A DNA stretch of 64,000 bases from Octopus vulgaris (taxonomy: Eukaryota): assembly GCA_951406725.2 (NCBI GenBank), contig OX597835.1, positions 3,906,001 through 3,970,000 of the forward strand, in the 5' to 3' direction. Position 1 is the stretch's first letter, and each line of letters begins with the position of its first letter. Below, in pieces: positions 37,931-51,228 of the stretch. The notes below the pieces were generated by a model, which saw only the letters and a program-made list of their open reading frames with translations, made no database searches and was not told where the DNA came from. The position numbers were made by a program, and so were the translations under genes.

Positions 37931-39942
37931 TGTTTCAATGTAAACTGTTTTGAAAATTAATTTAATAACAGCACCAAAATGTTGTGATGCACCACATGTA
38001 TAGATCCACTTAGTTCCATATTTGGGCAAAACTGAACAATTTATTAGGAATATAACTAGTAATAGTAAATGCTGTCTTTGTAGTAAATTTGGTAACCGGA
38101 TATAGCAAATAGTAAATATTGATATATTTATTAATAGTAAATGATATATAAGTCATTTATTTAGTAATAGTAAATGTTGATATTTAGTAATAGCCACTAT
38201 TATATCAATAATAGGTGGTAGCAGTGACAAGTGTATTTGTAATATATTTAGTAATCAAATGCAGTAAATAGGTAATAGTAAATATCAATGTATTTGTTAA
38301 TAGTAAATGATATATTGTGGAGGTGCGTGGCTTAGTGGTTAGGGTGTTGAACTCATGATTGCAAGGTTGTGGTTTCAATTCCTGGACCAGGCGACACATT
38401 GTGTTCTTTAGCAAAACACTTCATTTCATGTTGCATTGCAGGTCAGAATTTTAGCCGTGTTCTGATTTTATATTTCAGCATGGCTAATGTTGACTGCCGT
38501 TGTCTTTTAACATTTAGGTTAAAATAATTTGTCGGTGATGGTCACACTCATCTTACTAGTCAACATCTTCTCTGTGTGTGTTTTATTCTTTTATTTGTTT
38601 CAGTAAAATTTATGTTAGCAGGCTCATTTTCTTTACTTGAAAAATCCTAGCATCTTTAGATTATGTCTTGGCATTTTCCTGGCATAACCAAATGCACAAA
38701 TGACAATTAATATAAAAGTAAATTGATAACCAGAGTCGAGGAGTTTCAGATTTAAAAGTAATTATCCACAGATATTCTGCTGGCTGATTTTGGAAGAGAT
38801 GGTTACATCGGCAGGGCAATTAACCTCTATGGACTGTACATGACATTTCTTTGTAGTTCCCAATAACTACATCAGATCTGTTATGTTTGCCCTTTGTAGA
38901 AGTTTTGATAGGAATTCTTCATTAATATTCCTTGTGCTGATGTGTACTTCCTTGCAGAGATGTTAATATTTATCTCACAGCAATCCCCTTTTGTGGATAG
39001 CATTGTACATTGTTTTAGCAATGACATTAAGTCAGAATATCTGTGTGTGTGAGTGTGTGCACACGTGTGTGGAGAGAGAGAGAGAAAGATAACATAATCA
39101 AGATACATTAAAATAAACACACACACACACTCATACGCACATATATATATCAATTCTACTTTTATAAGAAGAGAGGTGCCCAACAAATGCTAAGCAGGTC
39201 AAAACTTCAAATTCACTTTCACCTCTCTTCTTGTAAAAGTAAAAGTATAATTGATATGCACTCTGCAAAATATACACTCTGCAAAAAGCATTGAATAATA
39301 CTTCAGTTTAATGCTGAATCGTTTTTCTTATAACTTTATATGAAAAAAAAACATTAATAAATATTTATACACATACACAAATACATACATACATACAAAA
39401 ATCTGTAAAACTTTCCAGAAGTTTATCTTTTAAGTAAATATGAGCATATCTAGATATGCAACTATATGCATGAGAATACCTAAAGCAAAACATACAAATC
39501 TGCACGTATAAATACAAACATACATATAAACAAAAATACCCTGTTGTTGATGTTGAAATTCCAATGAAGGAGCATTGGATCTAGGTTAGAAACCGGGTCT
39601 TTCTCTATTGACAAGAAATTTTGAATAATTACATACATACATACATACATACACATACACACACACACTCATACAAGCACACAGAGTGCGAGAGAGGAGA
39701 GAAGGAGAGGAAGAGAGATGGCTGTAAAAGACTCAGATTAAGTTCTTTACTTTGAAATATATTTCACCCAGATATATGAAGTTTTGTGGAATGGAAAAGT
39801 GAAAGTAGACAGCAAGTAATTGTAGTAGTAGTAGTAGTAGTAGTAGTATTTGCACTATTTGAAATTAATTAAAAGAAATACATGGTGTAATTGTATAGCA
39901 TGTGAATGAGAAACTTGGGGTTACATATATATATATACATAC

Positions 39943-40047
<105 letters not shown>

Positions 40048-40059
40048 CATACATACATA

Positions 40060-40570
40060 CATATATATATATAATATAATATAATGATAAATAATATATA
40101 AATATATGCATATATACATACATATATGTTCATACCTACATATATATGTATATATACATGCATATATATACATATAATATAATGATAAATAATATATAAA
40201 TATATGCATATATACATACATATATGTTCATACCTACATATATATGTATATATACATGCATATATATATATATAATATAATGATAAATAATATATAAATA
40301 TATGCATATATACATACATATATGTTCATACCTACATATATATGTATATATACATGCATATATATACATATAATATAATGATAAATAATATATAAATATA
40401 TGCATATATACATACATATATGTTCATACCTACATATATATGTATATATACATGCATATATATATATAATATAATGATAAATAATATATAAATATATGCA
40501 TATATACATACATATATGTTCATACCTACATATATATGTATATATACATGCATATATATATATATATATA
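40060..40570. repeat. ~98-bp AT-rich tandem repeat, ~5 copies, grown out of a (TA)n tract
   Basis: gttcatacc at 40128, 40226, 40324, 40422, 40518. Confidence 0.9.
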
Positions 40571-41127
40571 TACATACAGAGAGAGAGAGAGGAGAGAGAG
40601 AGAGGAGAAAGAGAGAGAGAGAGAGAGAGAGATTTATAACTTTTTGCATGGACACATAAACACACAGGACTTACCGATGAGTGTCGCCGCCTGGTGTAAG
40701 GTAGACCAAAATAGTGGCTGTGACAGATTTCCCCGTTAACTCTCTGATGACGTCACTCTAAAACCACGTGATTATTTTGACACCTTGGTCCTTTCAGTCA
40801 GTGGTTGTTCTTATCTTTATTCCATGTACACACACACATAAACAAACACACACACACACACACACACACAAGCACACGCACACACACACAAACAAACATA
40901 CACACACACACAAACACACACACACACAAACACACACAAGCACACGCACACACATACACGCTCACACCTGTACATGCAAATATATTGTACGTACATACTA
41001 TACACTCGTACATATATACCTATATATATATATACACCTATACATACATGTAAGGCACATACCTATATCCATACACTTAGACATACACAAATACGTGCGT
41101 CCATTCGTATCTTCTTCTTTCTTTCTT

Positions 41128-41327
41128 TTATCTTTTACTTGTTTCAGTCATTTGACTGCGGCCATGCTGGAGCACCGCCTTTAATCGAGCAACTCGACCC
41201 CGGGACTTATTCTTTTGTAAGCCCTGTACTTATTCTATCGGTCTCTTTTGCCGAACCGCTAAGTAACGGGGACATAAACACACCAGCATCAGTTGTCAAG
41301 CAATGCTAGTGGGACAAACACAAACAT

Positions 41328-41412
<85 letters not shown>

Positions 41413-41577
41413 TACGACAGGCTTCTTTCAGTTTCCGTCTACCAGATCCCCTCACAAGGCATTGGTCGGCCCGGGGCTATAGCAGAAGACACTTGCCCAA
41501 GATGCCACGCAGTAGGACTGAACCCGGAACCATGTGGTTGGTTAGCAAGCTACTTACCACACAGCCACTCCTGCGCC
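41128..41577 (-). mobile_element. Full-length SINE family A
   Basis: Reverse-complement head at 41577, tail at ~41130. Confidence 0.9.
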
Positions 41578-41922
41578 TATATATATAAACATATATATAA
41601 ACGTACATGATAATGATGATTGCTTCATCTTGACAACTGATACCCATCTCAATCAACCTGTAATTACTCCGATAACCGTCATAGAGTTTTTTGTGCATTG
41701 AGCTATCGTCAGAAGGCTTTTAAAGAGAATCAAGACGAAGAAGACGGAACGAGACATCTGTAAGTCGTTAGACACACGCTTGTACAACACGTGTCACACT
41801 TTATAAGCATCAACAACTGGAATCCAGAGGAAAGTATTGCAAAATCTCTAACAACTACATCAACTGCACGTTTGATTTCAGGGTCCCTTCTCTGAGACTT
41901 TTACCGCCAAAGTATACTTGCT

Positions 41923-42125
41923 GTGGAGGCGCAATGGCCCAGTGGTTAGGGAAGCGGACTCGCGGTCGGAGGATTGCGGTTTCGACTCCCAGACCGGGCG
42001 TTGTGTGTGTTTATTGAGCGAAAACACCTAAAGTTCCACGAGGCTCCGGCAGGGGATGGTGGCGACTCCTGTTGAACTCCCTCGCCCCAACTTTCTCTCA
42101 CTCTCTCTTCCTGTTTCTTGAGAAA
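41923..42125 (+). mobile_element. tRNA-derived SINE family C head
   Basis: gtggaggcgcaatggcccagtggttaggg...tttcgactccc; related copies at 7897-8233 (-) and 20361-20520 (+). Confidence 0.8.
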
Positions 42126-43661
42126 CGCTGCGGTGGACTGGCGACTCGTCCAGCTGGAGGGAACACATATGCCACAGAAACGGAAGGGCGGCCCTTCCGT
42201 TTGCTGTCCCCAGACCCCACGAAAAACACATATTGTCTACAGCAGACCCCTAAGTACCGCCGGGGTGGACCGTCGCTACCACCCCACTAGCTACGCTGGT
42301 GAGGATACCTACAAGTTAGCAGAGATTTGAACAAAGCTTATTTGCATACAACGCATTGATTCCCCGTGAGTTCATCATGCGATTCCTCATGAGTAAAATC
42401 CTTTAACGGGATTTGTTTATTGGTTGACCAAAAATCATCGACGTCAGCAAGCAAATCTTGGCCATTTTAGCTGTCGATGACCCGACCATGAAATAAATTA
42501 TGTTGGGTCACATGTTAACAGTAAGATTAAAGAGTTATCTGACTTGACATACATACATACATATATAAATTCTTGATGTTGCTGAAATTCCAATGAAGGA
42601 GCCTTGGATCTAGGTTAGAAACCGATTCTTTCTCTATTGGTTTGTAGCACTCTGAATTCAAATCAGGTTGAGGCCATTTTCGTCTTTTATCCCTCCAGGG
42701 TCCATAACTAGAGTTTCCAGACTAGAATGGTAGACTGGAGGAATGGTTAAAGCATCGGACTGGATTCCTTGTGCCATTTGTTCGTCTACAACCCATGAAG
42801 GCCGCAATTATCCATATGGATAATAGACCTTATCCATTCTCCTGCTTGACATCCAAACGTGGTTTTTGGGTGTCTTTAGCAGCGATTGTTCTGTTGTAGA
42901 CATTTGGAGCTGGCCTCCGGTTTGGAAATAATTCCCTTCTCCTTCCTTTCTATCCCATCAACTGCAGGGGATGCTATAAAGGGCCACGGCTCCTGCCCTT
43001 CACCCCACTGGATTCAGCGATAACAACAACAAAACATTATTAGTTTCACGTACAAGGGTTCCAGTCATGTGATGAACTAAATTAGCTGCTCATTTAGAAA
43101 ATTTGTGGCTCATTAATTTATAGTGGTTGAATACTCCACAGGCACCCTAAATGTGCCACACACTCTTCCATCGAATGGGCTTCCTCACAGCTTCCATGAA
43201 TCCCAATTTTACTCACAAGCTTTGGTAAGTAAAATTGTGAGTAAAATTGGGATTCATGGAAGACACTTACCAAAGATGCCACACAGGGAAATCGAACACA
43301 GGAGCTTGTGATTGCGAAGCGATCTTTTTAACCATTTGGTCATATTGTAATTAGATATATATGCATGCATGCATTAACATACATTAACATGTAGGTTTGC
43401 GTAAAGGCCTAGAAATATTGGGGTTCTTCAAGAAAGAAATTGATTCGCATTCTCCAAATATAATCGATAAGTGCTACAATGGCAGTTTGGAAATCGTTCC
43501 AAGGATTCTCCACTTGAGGTCCCTGAGTTGAACACATAGACATGATAAGCAATGTTAAATACCCTGAATATTTCATTGGATGTACTTCGGTACCCATCAT
43601 ATTGATTCGACTAAAGGTGCTGTTTACAAGTTAATTCGACCCAACCGGATTCATTTGAAAT

Positions 43662-43719
<58 letters not shown>

Positions 43720-43757
43720 GGATGGATGGATGGATGGATAGAGATAGATAGATAGAT

Positions 43758-43848
<91 letters not shown>

Positions 43849-43860
43849 GATAGAGATAGA
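43662..43860. repeat. Compound (GATA)n/(GGAT)n/(GA)n microsatellite
   Basis: Direct reading. Confidence 0.95.
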
Positions 43861-44503
43861 CTGTCCCCTTGCTAAGCAGGAACGGCCTGGAAAGGGTGTT
43901 TTAATTCAGGAACTGGTCAGGAGCATCACGTGACTGGCGGTTGCCATCTCTTTGTCGGTTTCCAAGGCAACTTCTAAGAAATTTACAACTCCTACTCGAG
44001 TTACCAGCCACCGTATAGAAATACAGTCTTCTGTGTGTGTGAGAGTATGCACATGTACATGCATATATATATATACACGCACCTCACACACACACATATA
44101 TACATATATGTATACACACATGCACACGTGTATATATACATACGCATACATGTGTGTGTGTGTGTGCATGTAATTTTTATAAGTTCGTAAAAGCAACATA
44201 AACTAGTTTTCGTTGATGGTTAGTTCCAGGTTAATCTTCTTGGAGCAGGCTTATAATCAAAGCCATTCTTCTCATGGCCATCTCGTATTTTCCTTGATAC
44301 TGAGCTCAGGACGATATAATCGGACACGTCCTTTTATAAGCCGGTTTTAGCTGCTATTTCTAGCATCTTTAGCTACCATGTTAGTGGTTATCACGCAAAC
44401 ACACACATCTCCCATATATCAGCATTTTACTGGAGTTTACTCCCTCTTACTGTACCAGTAATTTACTGGGACAAAAGCACTCTTAATCCCAGCTACATAT
44501 AGT

Positions 44504-44662
44504 CGCAGGCGTGGCTGTGTGGTAAGAAGCTTGCTCCCCAACACATAGTTCCAGGTTCAGTCCCACTGCGTGGCACGTTGACCATATGGCTTCTATTATA
44601 GCCTCGGGCTGACCAATGGCTTCTGAGTGGATTTGGTAGACGGAAAATGAAAGAAGCCCGTC

Positions 44663-44737
<75 letters not shown>

Positions 44738-44947
44738 TATATATGCATATGTGTGTGTGTGTATGTGTGTAAATGTAATATGTGACAATTTATACGGTGG
44801 ACATGATAAAACTCCGAGTTTCGGATGTCGGAGAGGAAAAATATCCGGGTATCGGAAAAAAAATGCTTTCACAGATAAATTCCTCTACTTACATAATATC
44901 GAGGTCTCTTTCATTCTTTTGTCGTCTTACCATTTATATATATATAT

Positions 44948-45027
<80 letters not shown>

Positions 45028-45245
45028 GTGTCTGTGTTTGTCTCCCACCGCTACGGCTTGACAACCGGCGCCGGTGTGTGTTTACGTACCTGTAACTTAG
45101 CGGCATGGCAAATAGAGACGGAGAGAATAAGTATCAAGCTTATAAAAGATACGTACTGGGGGGGTCGACTCATTCGATTCAAAAATTCTCCAAGGCGGTG
45201 CCCCAGCATGGCCGCAGTCTAATGACTGAAACAAGTAAAAAGGAA
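44504..45245 (+). mobile_element. SINE family A interrupted in its TA tract by a Penelope-like fragment (44770-44935)
   Basis: Head 44504-44663, body 45026-45245. Confidence 0.8.
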
Positions 45246-45666
45246 AAAAAAAACTACATACCTTGTGTATCTCTTGTACTCGGAGTATCAAACTTCCCTG
45301 AGAGTCAACAGTCGCCAGTATGTCAAATGACATTCGAAGACGTCTGGAACTCTTCTCCAGCCTCCACCCACCCCCAAAACACCATTCTTTCCCTCTTATT
45401 TACCCTTTCCCTACCCTCGTTCTCCCTCCCTCTCTCTCTCTCTCTTTCCCCCCTTTTCTCTTCCGCTCAACCGATTGCATCATATATTTATGGTGCACTC
45501 AGCTGTCGACGTCAGCATGTACCGGCATGTATATGTGCATAAATAAATGTATGTACATGTGTGTGTATGGATGGATGGATGGATGGATGGATGGATGGAT
45601 AGATGTATTAATATATGCATGTATGTATGTCAATGCATACATTCACATTATATATATATATGTATG

Positions 45667-45723
<57 letters not shown>

Positions 45724-45786
45724 ATATATATCTTTATATTTTATCTAGTTTCAGCTCACGAGCTGTGGCCATGCTGGGGCACCGCC

Positions 45787-45829
<43 letters not shown>

Positions 45830-45837
<8 letters not shown>

Positions 45838-46059
45838 ATGTTACATTACTCGGTAGTCAAGATAAAACTCTGAGTTTCAGATGCCGAAGTGGAAATCCAC
45901 AACACCATCTCCTGATGGGGTTGTGGATTTCCACTTCGGCATCTGAAACTCAGAGTTTTATCTTGACTACCGAGTAATGTAACATATTGTATAGATAAAT
46001 TTCCTCTATTTACATAATATTGAGGTCTCTTTCTTTCTTTTGTTATCTTACCGTTTTAT

Positions 46060-46062
<3 letters not shown>
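45830..46062. mobile_element. Penelope-like fragment with ~80-bp-arm palindrome, flanked by (TA)n
   Basis: Arms 45830-45909 and 45914-45993, one mismatch, 4-nt loop. Confidence 0.6.
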
Positions 46063-46132
<70 letters not shown>

Positions 46133-46451
46133 GAACAAACTTACTTAGAAATGGATGCGTGCGTTCTGTCGTGTAATAACAAATTAATAAATAAAACATA
46201 AGCATATGTACATGCATATATATACGTACCTAGATCTACATGTATATATATATACATGCATATATGGGTACAGGACACAAAAAAAAAACGTCGAACAGAA
46301 TGAGAAACGAAAACATAAACACAAAACCAAGGAAATCGAAATTTTTTCTTAAACAACGAAAAAATAGAATACAGGACATACAAACAAGGAACATTCTCCT
46401 TCTTCAGTCGCCTCTGTTTCATCTACTCTGGCATCCGTTAGTCTCGAAAGA

Positions 46452-47530
46452 CTATGGATCTGCGCCTTGGATTGGATCGGTGTCGCAGCATCGCTTGTGG
46501 CTGACAAGGCCAATGCGTGAGTGACAGTCACGGGTGGAACGGTGGCAAATGTGGTTGGTCGGTTGGTCGTGGTTCGGTCTTCCTGCGTCTCTGTCCTCTG
46601 CTATCTGACGTATGTGATCTTCTACCCTCAGGGCGGTACACAAGCCGGAACGGTCCTTTGCCATGTTCTCCCAGGTTATGGTATTCATACTCATGGCCTT
46701 CATGCTACGTTTGCACACATCCTTGAAACGGAGATGTGGTCGCCCGCGAGCATGTCTACCGGAGGCTAGCTCCCCATGCAGTATATCTTTCGGTAACCTC
46801 CCATCCGGAGGCATCCGGTGCACGTGTCCCAACCAGCGGAGACGGAGTTACCGAAGTAGTGTGAAAGTAATTAATAGTTGGGAACGGGTAAGCATCTCGT
46901 TGTTGGTGATGCAGTCGTTCCACTTGACCCCGAGAATACTCCAAAGGTTGTGCAGATGGAAGGCATTCAGGCGGTGCTCTTGTCTGGCGTAAAAGTACCA
47001 GGTCTCACCGCCGTATAGCAAGGTGCTGAGGACAGATACTTTATAGATTGTGAATTTGGTGGATCTCGTCAGCTTGCCGTTTAACCACATTTTTTTGGAG
47101 CTAGTCTGGCGAAGGTCGAAGCTGTTAACCAGATTCTCCTGTTCAGCTCCTGGTCGAGTATGAGGTCACCCGTAGTTGTTGAGTCAAGGTAGGTAAACTT
47201 ACGGACCATATCGAGTGAGTGGTTGTCGATGGTAATGAGGTGGGGATCCGAGACACCTTGACCCATTACTTTGGTCTTGCAGTTCTGAATGAGCTACTAA
47301 AGCTGCGTCGTCGGCAAACAGCATCTCCCGGGCGTAAACCCGCGGAGTTTGGTCTTCGCAGTAAGCCTTGACAGATTGAATAGTTTACCATCCGACTTTG
47401 TGTGGAGACAAACGCCGTCGTTTTGCGTACCAAATGCATACTCGAGCATGATAGCGAAGTAGATGTTGAACAGGATAGGAGCAAGCACGCACTCTTGAAA
47501 AAAGGCAAAGTAGCCGTGGATCTTCTCTGT
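46452..47530 (-). pseudogene. Frameshifted RTE-clade LINE reverse transcriptase (5'-truncated)
   Basis: QECVLAPILFNIYF, FTYLDS, STLLYGGETW, GHVHRMP..RLPKDILHGEL..GRP.LRFKD across shifted frames. Confidence 0.9.
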
Positions 47531-48682
47531 AGTAAGATACCTCCACTCGTCCCTGAAATAAAACGACGCCTTCCTACTCTCAAACACTGCTCCCTCCCAA
47601 TTAATCGAGAGGGATTTTCCTTTTTCCTGTTCTTTCCTCATCTTGCAGATTTCTTGGTAACCTCACTAGTGCTGGTGGCACGAAAAATAAAATAAAGTGG
47701 TTGACGTTTGGAAGAACATCCAGCGGTAGAAACCACGCCATAGCTGACAGCTGGAGCACGACGCAGCCCTACGGCTTACCGGAAACTGTCGAACTATCCA
47801 ACCCATACCGACATAGAAAAAAACGGACGTAAAATGTTAAGTGCACGCTCGCGTGTATGTGCGTGTGCGGGAGTGAGTGCATGTGAGCGTGTATATTTTC
47901 ACATACACACAGATGCAAGGTGCAGCGGTTGACGCTACTCCTAATAGAAATTATGACATCACTGTCGGCCTGACACACACACAGACAGACAGACACATAC
48001 ACACACACAGACTCCCTTCTTAACTACCAGAGAAAATTACCTCATTGTGTTGTGCTACTGATAGAGTCACTAAATCCTGAACGATCTGAAATAGTTTTCG
48101 TTTTCCCTGCCCTAAATAAAGAGTGAGACTGGGAGAACCTACATAACTCTAAAAACACCGACGATAAATAAGCTCTTACCAGTCCTAATACTTTGGTTGT
48201 TAGAACGACATCTTTCGAAGTTATAGTACCACTACCCCTACACACACACACACTCATACGTTGTTTTTAAAGTTACAAATATTGTGTTAGGGTTCACTTC
48301 AAAAAGTTCGTTCAAAACAAGAAATATTTTAGCTGATAAAGTTTACTGTCAGAATTTCTTGGACATTTGTTTATTATTGGGGAACGTTAAATGTAAACAA
48401 TGGCAAATTCGTTATATTGACACAAAGATAAAATTGATAACATTTTTTTGTACAACAACCAATAATTAATCTTGTTGTTGTTATCTTTTATGTTGAATTA
48501 CACAGATTTATCGTTCTGTTTTAATCCCAATTCCTTGAACAGTAACTGATTTTAAACTGGTGTTTGTTGGTTTCAAACAAAGCACCCACCACTACCTCTA
48601 TGAACCCTGTCCTTCCTTGCACGCACGACGCACGCAATTTAACGGTGGGTATGGAAGTAGGTGGAGATATAATTAATAACAT

Positions 48683-48917
48683 AGAAGGCGGCGAGCTGGC
48701 AGACACGTTAGCGCACCGGGCGGAATGCTTAGCGGTATTTCGTCTGTCGTTACGTTCTGAGTTCAAATTCAGCCGAGGTCGACTTTGCCTTTCATCCTTT
48801 CGGGGTCGATAAATAAAAGTACCAGTTTCGCACTGGGGTCGATGTAATCGACTTAATCCGTTTGTTTGTCCTTGTTAGTCCTCTCTATGTTTAGCCCCTT
48901 GTGGGTAGTAAAGAAAT
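48683..48917 (+). mobile_element. Full-length SINE family B (Meta/Sauria-like central domain) with 16-bp TSD
   Basis: ggcggcgagctggcag...gagttcaaatt...gcctttcatcctttcggggtcgataaa; TSD atataattaataacat at 48667-48682 and 48918-48933. Confidence 0.88.
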
Positions 48918-49820
48918 ATATAATTAATAACATGTAGTATATTGGGTTGAAAACCATGGAGGAGTAAAAGCCCTTAAGTTCTAGTTTTGGATGATGTTTG
49001 GAAAACCACAGAAAGGTTCCATGACCAACTAAGCTTGGAACAACTAAACTAACGAGCCTCTGTGGCTCATTTGTCCACCTAGAAACAGCTTAATCTCCCT
49101 TAAAACCATTCTCTACTCTCTTATAAAATGACATATTAAATAGAGTTGCTTTAAAGTAGATCTTTAGAGTAGATCTTAATAAAGGACAGGATGGTCAAAA
49201 CTGGGGTGCTACTTTGGTATGCGATCTACTTGCCATGAAACTAATTTGGTATGTGATCTATAATTTATATGTTGATTTACAAGAAGAGTTATACTTATCA
49301 AGAACATGGAAAACACCTGTATGAGTTTCGAGAGGATACCTGGTTAGAGAGTATGAAGTATAATTGGAATGTCTGTTCGGGTGTCAAAGCTCCGGTCCTG
49401 ACTCAACCAAATACATCAACAATACGCTTCAGTCCGGTATAGACATCGGTCTCGATAGCCGATCTGTGCTTCTTTCTGTGGTTTTACCAGTTTATTGATA
49501 TCTGAATATCGAAAGAACCCCCAAGTTGTTGACGAAAAAGTTTTACAACGAGATCATAGACGAGACGAAGGCAGTTGCATTTTTTGGAAGAAATGGCCTT
49601 TAAGATGAAGAAGATGATGTTGCACCATGTCATCGCTGGGGAGGAGAAATGAAAGAAACTCGCTTCATTGTAAACTGATGTAAGACTTATGACTGAGGAA
49701 CAGAAAGGACACCAGGCTAAGGTTCGGGTATTTGTTGAGGTTTCAGAAATTGTTCGTGTTTATATTAAAGGCTAACATTCACATCTGGAAAAGAAGAAAT
49801 TAAATCCCTTAATAAAATCT

Positions 49821-50327
49821 GGAGAAGGTAAAGAATACGCACACCCGGTGTTTAGGGTATAGTTACAGTTACCCCCCTTGACAGCGGGTTCAAACAAGCC
49901 GGTCATATATATATAGAGGGCGTTACGTAATATCAAGGTTCAGACCTCGGTCCCTTTCTGCACTGAGATGCGAACTGGGAAGACGAACCCTGACTGGCTC
50001 TCTCTCTCATACTACATTCCCAGCTACCAGATAGGAGCAAAAGCTCAGAAAACCATGGCCTCTACGCACCAGCCTTTCCAGTTATCATTCAGTTGTGTAT
50101 AGACTGTGGCCTGGCCACAATAAACGTATTTAAAGTTACAACCTTGTTCATGTATTCTTCGTCCGGGTTTACTACCAAATGAGATTACAACCTTCTGGGT
50201 GAGTCACATTCGATGGATCAACAACAACCTACCTGTCTATAAGGGTGAGGGTTAGGGTTATAATTTTGTTAGGTTTAGGGTTTTGTTACGCCGAAAACGA
50301 GTGGTGTGCGTATTCTTTACCTCTGCC
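49821..50327. mobile_element. Non-autonomous TIR element with 8-bp TSD (hAT-like)
   Basis: Perfect 20-bp IR aggtaaagaatacgcacacc (49826-49845 / 50303-50322); TSD taaaatct at 49813-49820 and 50328-50335. Confidence 0.85.
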
Positions 50328-50814
50328 TAAAATCTTTCATTGAGGCCATGAACGGACTTGGGTTATTTAAAGTACATTTAGCTTTACGGTGAATAACTCG
50401 ACAAATAACTACGTGCGTCTCGTACTGTGTTGAGTTCTAGTTTCTGACCGAGCAAAGATCAAAATATTTGTCAACTGTTTTCTGTGTCATGTCCAAATAA
50501 AAGCGAAGACATTGACACAGTTTTTGATGTTGACACATGGTTACGCCTCTAAAAGACACATCCACCGACAATATTCAGGACTTTTCAATAACATTGTTGG
50601 GTGTACGTGATATCTTTGTGTGTGTGTGTGTGTGTGCGTGCGCGTGGGAATATGTATTTGTACATTATATACAAAATATATGCAATATGTGTTTTTTTTT
50701 CCCCAAGAAAACAGGAGATTCTGAGTGTTTTTCTCCTTTTATTTGTTGAGTCTGAGGTGAAGGAACGGAATCCGCGACACTTCGAAACTTGGTGGTCTCG
50801 ATGCCGTTAATATC

Positions 50815-51228
50815 TCTTACTCTTTTTACTCTTTTACTTGTTTCAGTCATTTGACTGCGGCCATGCTGGAGCACCGCCTTTAATCGAGCAACTCGACCCC
50901 GGGACTTATTCTTTTGTAAGCCCAGTACTTACTCTATCGGTCTCTTTTGCCGAACCGCTAAGTGACGGAGACGTAAACACACCAGCATCGGTTGTCAACC
51001 AATGCTAGAGGGACAAACACAGACACACAAACACACACACGCATACATATATATATAGATATATACGACGGGCTTCTTTCAGTTTCCGTCTACCAAATCC
51101 ACTCACAAGGCTTTGGTCGGCCCGAGGCTGTAGTAGAAGACACTTGCCCAAGGTGCCACGCAGTGGGACTGAACCCGGAACCATGTGGTTGGTAGACAGG
51201 CTACTTACCACACAGCCACTCCTGCGCC
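50815..51228 (-). mobile_element. Full-length SINE family A
   Basis: Near-consensus copy. Confidence 0.9.
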
